Shown: positions 26,382 through 28,744 of the stretch, in pieces
Layout: every line of letters begins with the position of its first letter
Numbering within the stretch: position 1 is the stretch's first letter
IMG/VR virus record: IMGVR_UViG_3300038379_000228
Span: 1-28,744 of that record
Direction: 5' to 3' (one strand)
Length of the DNA stretch: 28,744 nucleotides
Source of the DNA: a virus
Lineage: Duplodnaviria; Caudoviricetes
Notes under the pieces: model-generated
Databases searched by the model: none
The model's input: only the letters and a program-made list of their open reading frames with translations
Told to the model about the DNA's origin: nothing
Position numbers and translations under genes: made by a program

Positions 26382-27455
26382 ATGGCTTTGCGCCATTGGG
26401 ACGGCTTCACGGCGTACAACGAGTTGGCCGATCTCGACCACCTCTACGTTCGCGAGGGGTCGACCACCAACATCGCGATCGTGCCGAATGGCGGTCCGCA
26501 GGAATTGGGTGGGGTAAGGCTCGGCGGCAGCAATCTGCTGAGCGCCGGGTTTTACCGCACCATTACGTCTTCCACCACGGTCATCCTGGGCTTCTGGTAC
26601 CGCTGGGATAGTTTCGATACCAGTGCAGGCGATCTATATGACCGCATCATGTACCTTGGGGCAAGCGCCACCGAGGTCATCAGCCTGCGCCAGTACTCGG
26701 ATGGCAGCCTGCGTGTCTATAGAAGCGGGTCTACGCTGTTGTTTGACTCGGCTGTGGCGTCGTATTCCCCAGACGGTCTGACCACCAACTACATCGTGCC
26801 GGAGGATGAAAACCGGGTCGAGATTCGCGTGTTCAGTAGCGCGACTGTTGGCACACTCGAAGTCCGCGTAAATGGCAAGGTGTGGACAGCACAGGTCAAC
26901 ATCAACACGGGCGGCAGCAGCATCACACGTATCTACTTCCAGACGGGATCGACTGGAGCGGGGGCTGAATACGAGATATCAGAAGTCTACGCATTCGATG
27001 ACACGGGCACGTTCAATAACTCGTTCCTCTATCCGTGGCGCGCAGTGCTGTTCAGGCCAACCTCGGACGACTCAGTTGCATTCACACGTAATACCGGGGC
27101 TGCCAATTACGAGACTGTTGACGACGAGCCACACGACGCGGATGGCAGCCATAACGCGTCTACCGCCAATGGCCAGGTAGATCGCTTCGCAAGTACCGGA
27201 ACCATTTCAGGACTTACGTCAAAAATTGCGGCCGCGAATGTGGTGAGCATCGCGCGACGTGAGAGCGCCTCGCAGAATATTCGCAGCAAGATCAGGCATG
27301 GCGGTATCGACGGTAACGGTTCCTCCTTTGCGTTGCCGAGTGCCGAGGACTACCGCCCGGTTATTCAGTCATTCGAGACCAACCCGTCGACCAGCGCACA
27401 GTGGACGGTCACTGAGATCCAGGACGCCACGTTCGGTTACGAGTCCATGGCGTAG
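26382..27455 (+). CDS. virion protein with lectin-like beta-sandwich
   Basis: AGGAG SD; MALRHWDGF, GTLEVRVNG, RPTSD, NYETVDD, FETNPST...WT. Confidence 0.75.
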   Translation: MALRHWDGFTAYNELADLDHLYVREGSTTNIAIVPNGGPQELGGVRLGGSNLLSAGFYRTITSSTTVILGFWYRWDSFDTSAGDLYDRIMYLGASATEVISLRQYSDGSLRVYRSGSTLLFDSAVASYSPDGLTTNYIVPEDENRVEIRVFSSATVGTLEVRVNGKVWTAQVNINTGGSSITRIYFQTGSTGAGAEYEISEVYAFDDTGTFNNSFLYPWRAVLFRPTSDDSVAFTRNTGAANYETVDDEPHDADGSHNASTANGQVDRFASTGTISGLTSKIAAANVVSIARRESASQNIRSKIRHGGIDGNGSSFALPSAEDYRPVIQSFETNPSTSAQWTVTEIQDATFGYESMA

Positions 27456-27458
27456 TAC

Positions 27459-28744
27459 ATGGTCGCACGGGTCACACAGAACTATCTCGAGATCCTGGTC
27501 GCTGAGGGTACCCCGCAGTACGGCTGGGTCGATGGCCAGTATCTGCTCGACTGGACGCAGATCACGCTGGCCTTTGACGCTGAGTACAACCTGCCCATCT
27601 ATGAAGCACAGCTGGGCTTCGCCGATGGTCAGTTCAATCTAGATTCACAGACACAGACGTTTGGATTTGCTGACGGTGATTACACGCTCAATGCGTTTGC
27701 CCAGCAGTTCAATGCGGCAGATTGCGAATTCCAGCTAAATGCCTATGCGCGCGTTACTGGATATACGGATGCGCAGTTCACTCTGGACGTCTATACGCAG
27801 GTACTGCAGGCGGTCCACGCTGAATATGTGCTCGCCGCTTACTCGGTACAGCTTGGGCATGCTGACGGTCAATACGTTCTCGACGCGCGTTTCGAGCTCA
27901 ACAATGCGATCGATGGCCAGTACGTTTTCGATTCCTATGCGGCCGTGCAGGGCTGGACCGATTCCACACATGCCCTGCTGGTCTATGACATCAGACAGAG
28001 CGCTGCAGATTGCCAGTACGTCCTCGATGCCAACGTCGCGCAGCAGGGCTGGCACGACGGCCAGTTCGGGCTCGATGCGTATGCGCCAGCGGCCGGGTTC
28101 GCTGATGCACAGTTCGTGCTCGACATATTTGCCATTCAATCTGGATACACGGACGGCCAATTCCACCTTGACGCGTGGGTGCAGACATTTGGCTACTGTG
28201 ATGGAAGTTTCACGCTCGATGCATTTGTGGCTCAGACTGCTGCGTTCACATCTACCTATACACTTGATGCGTACAGCATCGCGCTGGGCGCCACAGATGC
28301 GCAGTATGACCTTTCAATCTATGTCGCGCAGATAGGTGCTACCGACGGCCAATTCACTCTGGACGCTTGGGTCCAGACCTTCGGCTATGTCGACGGTCAA
28401 TTCTCTCTCGATGCGTGGACCGCCTACCAGGGCGCAACGGATGCCCAATTCGCGCTGGATTCCTATGCGGCCGCATTCGGGTGGACGAACGCAGAATTCA
28501 ATCTGCAGGTATTCACAGTCCAGCTTGGCACCACAGATGGCAGCTACACACTGGATGCGTGGCAGGCGGTGCAGGGCTGGGCGGACGGCCAGTTCAATCT
28601 CGACGCTTATGCCGTCCTGCTCGGATTCTCTGATTCTGAATTCAATCTGCAGGCCTACGAGGCGATTGCCGGGTACGCGGATGGTGCCTATCTGCTCGAC
28701 GCATTCGGCGCAGCACTGGGATTCACTGACGCCACCTACGAGTT
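27459..28744 (+). CDS. 16-aa tandem repeat protein, partial (runs off right edge, not in ORF track)
   Basis: Open frame from ATG 27459 (MVARVTQNYLEILV..) with no stop for 428 codons; consensus GxxDGQ(F/Y)xLDA(Y/W/F)xxxx. Confidence 0.9.
   Translation, partial: MVARVTQNYLEILVAEGTPQYGWVDGQYLLDWTQITLAFDAEYNLPIYEAQLGFADGQFNLDSQTQTFGFADGDYTLNAFAQQFNAADCEFQLNAYARVTGYTDAQFTLDVYTQVLQAVHAEYVLAAYSVQLGHADGQYVLDARFELNNAIDGQYVFDSYAAVQGWTDSTHALLVYDIRQSAADCQYVLDANVAQQGWHDGQFGLDAYAPAAGFADAQFVLDIFAIQSGYTDGQFHLDAWVQTFGYCDGSFTLDAFVAQTAAFTSTYTLDAYSIALGATDAQYDLSIYVAQIGATDGQFTLDAWVQTFGYVDGQFSLDAWTAYQGATDAQFALDSYAAAFGWTNAEFNLQVFTVQLGTTDGSYTLDAWQAVQGWADGQFNLDAYAVLLGFSDSEFNLQAYEAIAGYADGAYLLDAFGAALGFTDATYE

Noticed and set aside
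7000-28633. Numerous long minus-strand and alternate-frame ORFs
   Set aside because: Typical high-GC shadow ORFs opposite well-supported plus-strand genes
17007-28744. Diversity-generating retroelement target/template repeats
   Set aside because: No reverse transcriptase and no repeat pair differing only at adenines seen

Overview
GC-rich tailed-phage (Caudoviricetes, probably podovirus-type) genome segment, most likely infecting a proteobacterium. No integrase or host genes are present, so prophage versus free phage cannot be decided. (1) 1-4770 is an early/accessory region of small genes, including an ArdB/KlcA-type antirestriction gene, a RadC/JAB gene, a DUF4313-like gene and Zn-finger genes. 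It is built from repeated terminator + sigma70 promoter + conserved-leader cassettes, two of which form an exact 67-bp direct repeat around radC. (2) 4829-16900 is the packaging and head module: TerS, small genes, TerL, a secreted FN3 protein, P22-like portal, scaffold, CsrA-like gene, N4-gp56-type major capsid, decoration protein and adaptor. (3) 16900-28744 is a virion fibre/tail accessory module with lectin- and sialidase-like proteins and two long repeat proteins. One is 915 aa with about 25 repeats of ~33 aa plus 7 repeats of 9 aa. The other has a strict 16-aa repeat, is absent from the supplied ORF track and runs off the right edge. All family assignments come from motif recognition by eye, not from database searches.
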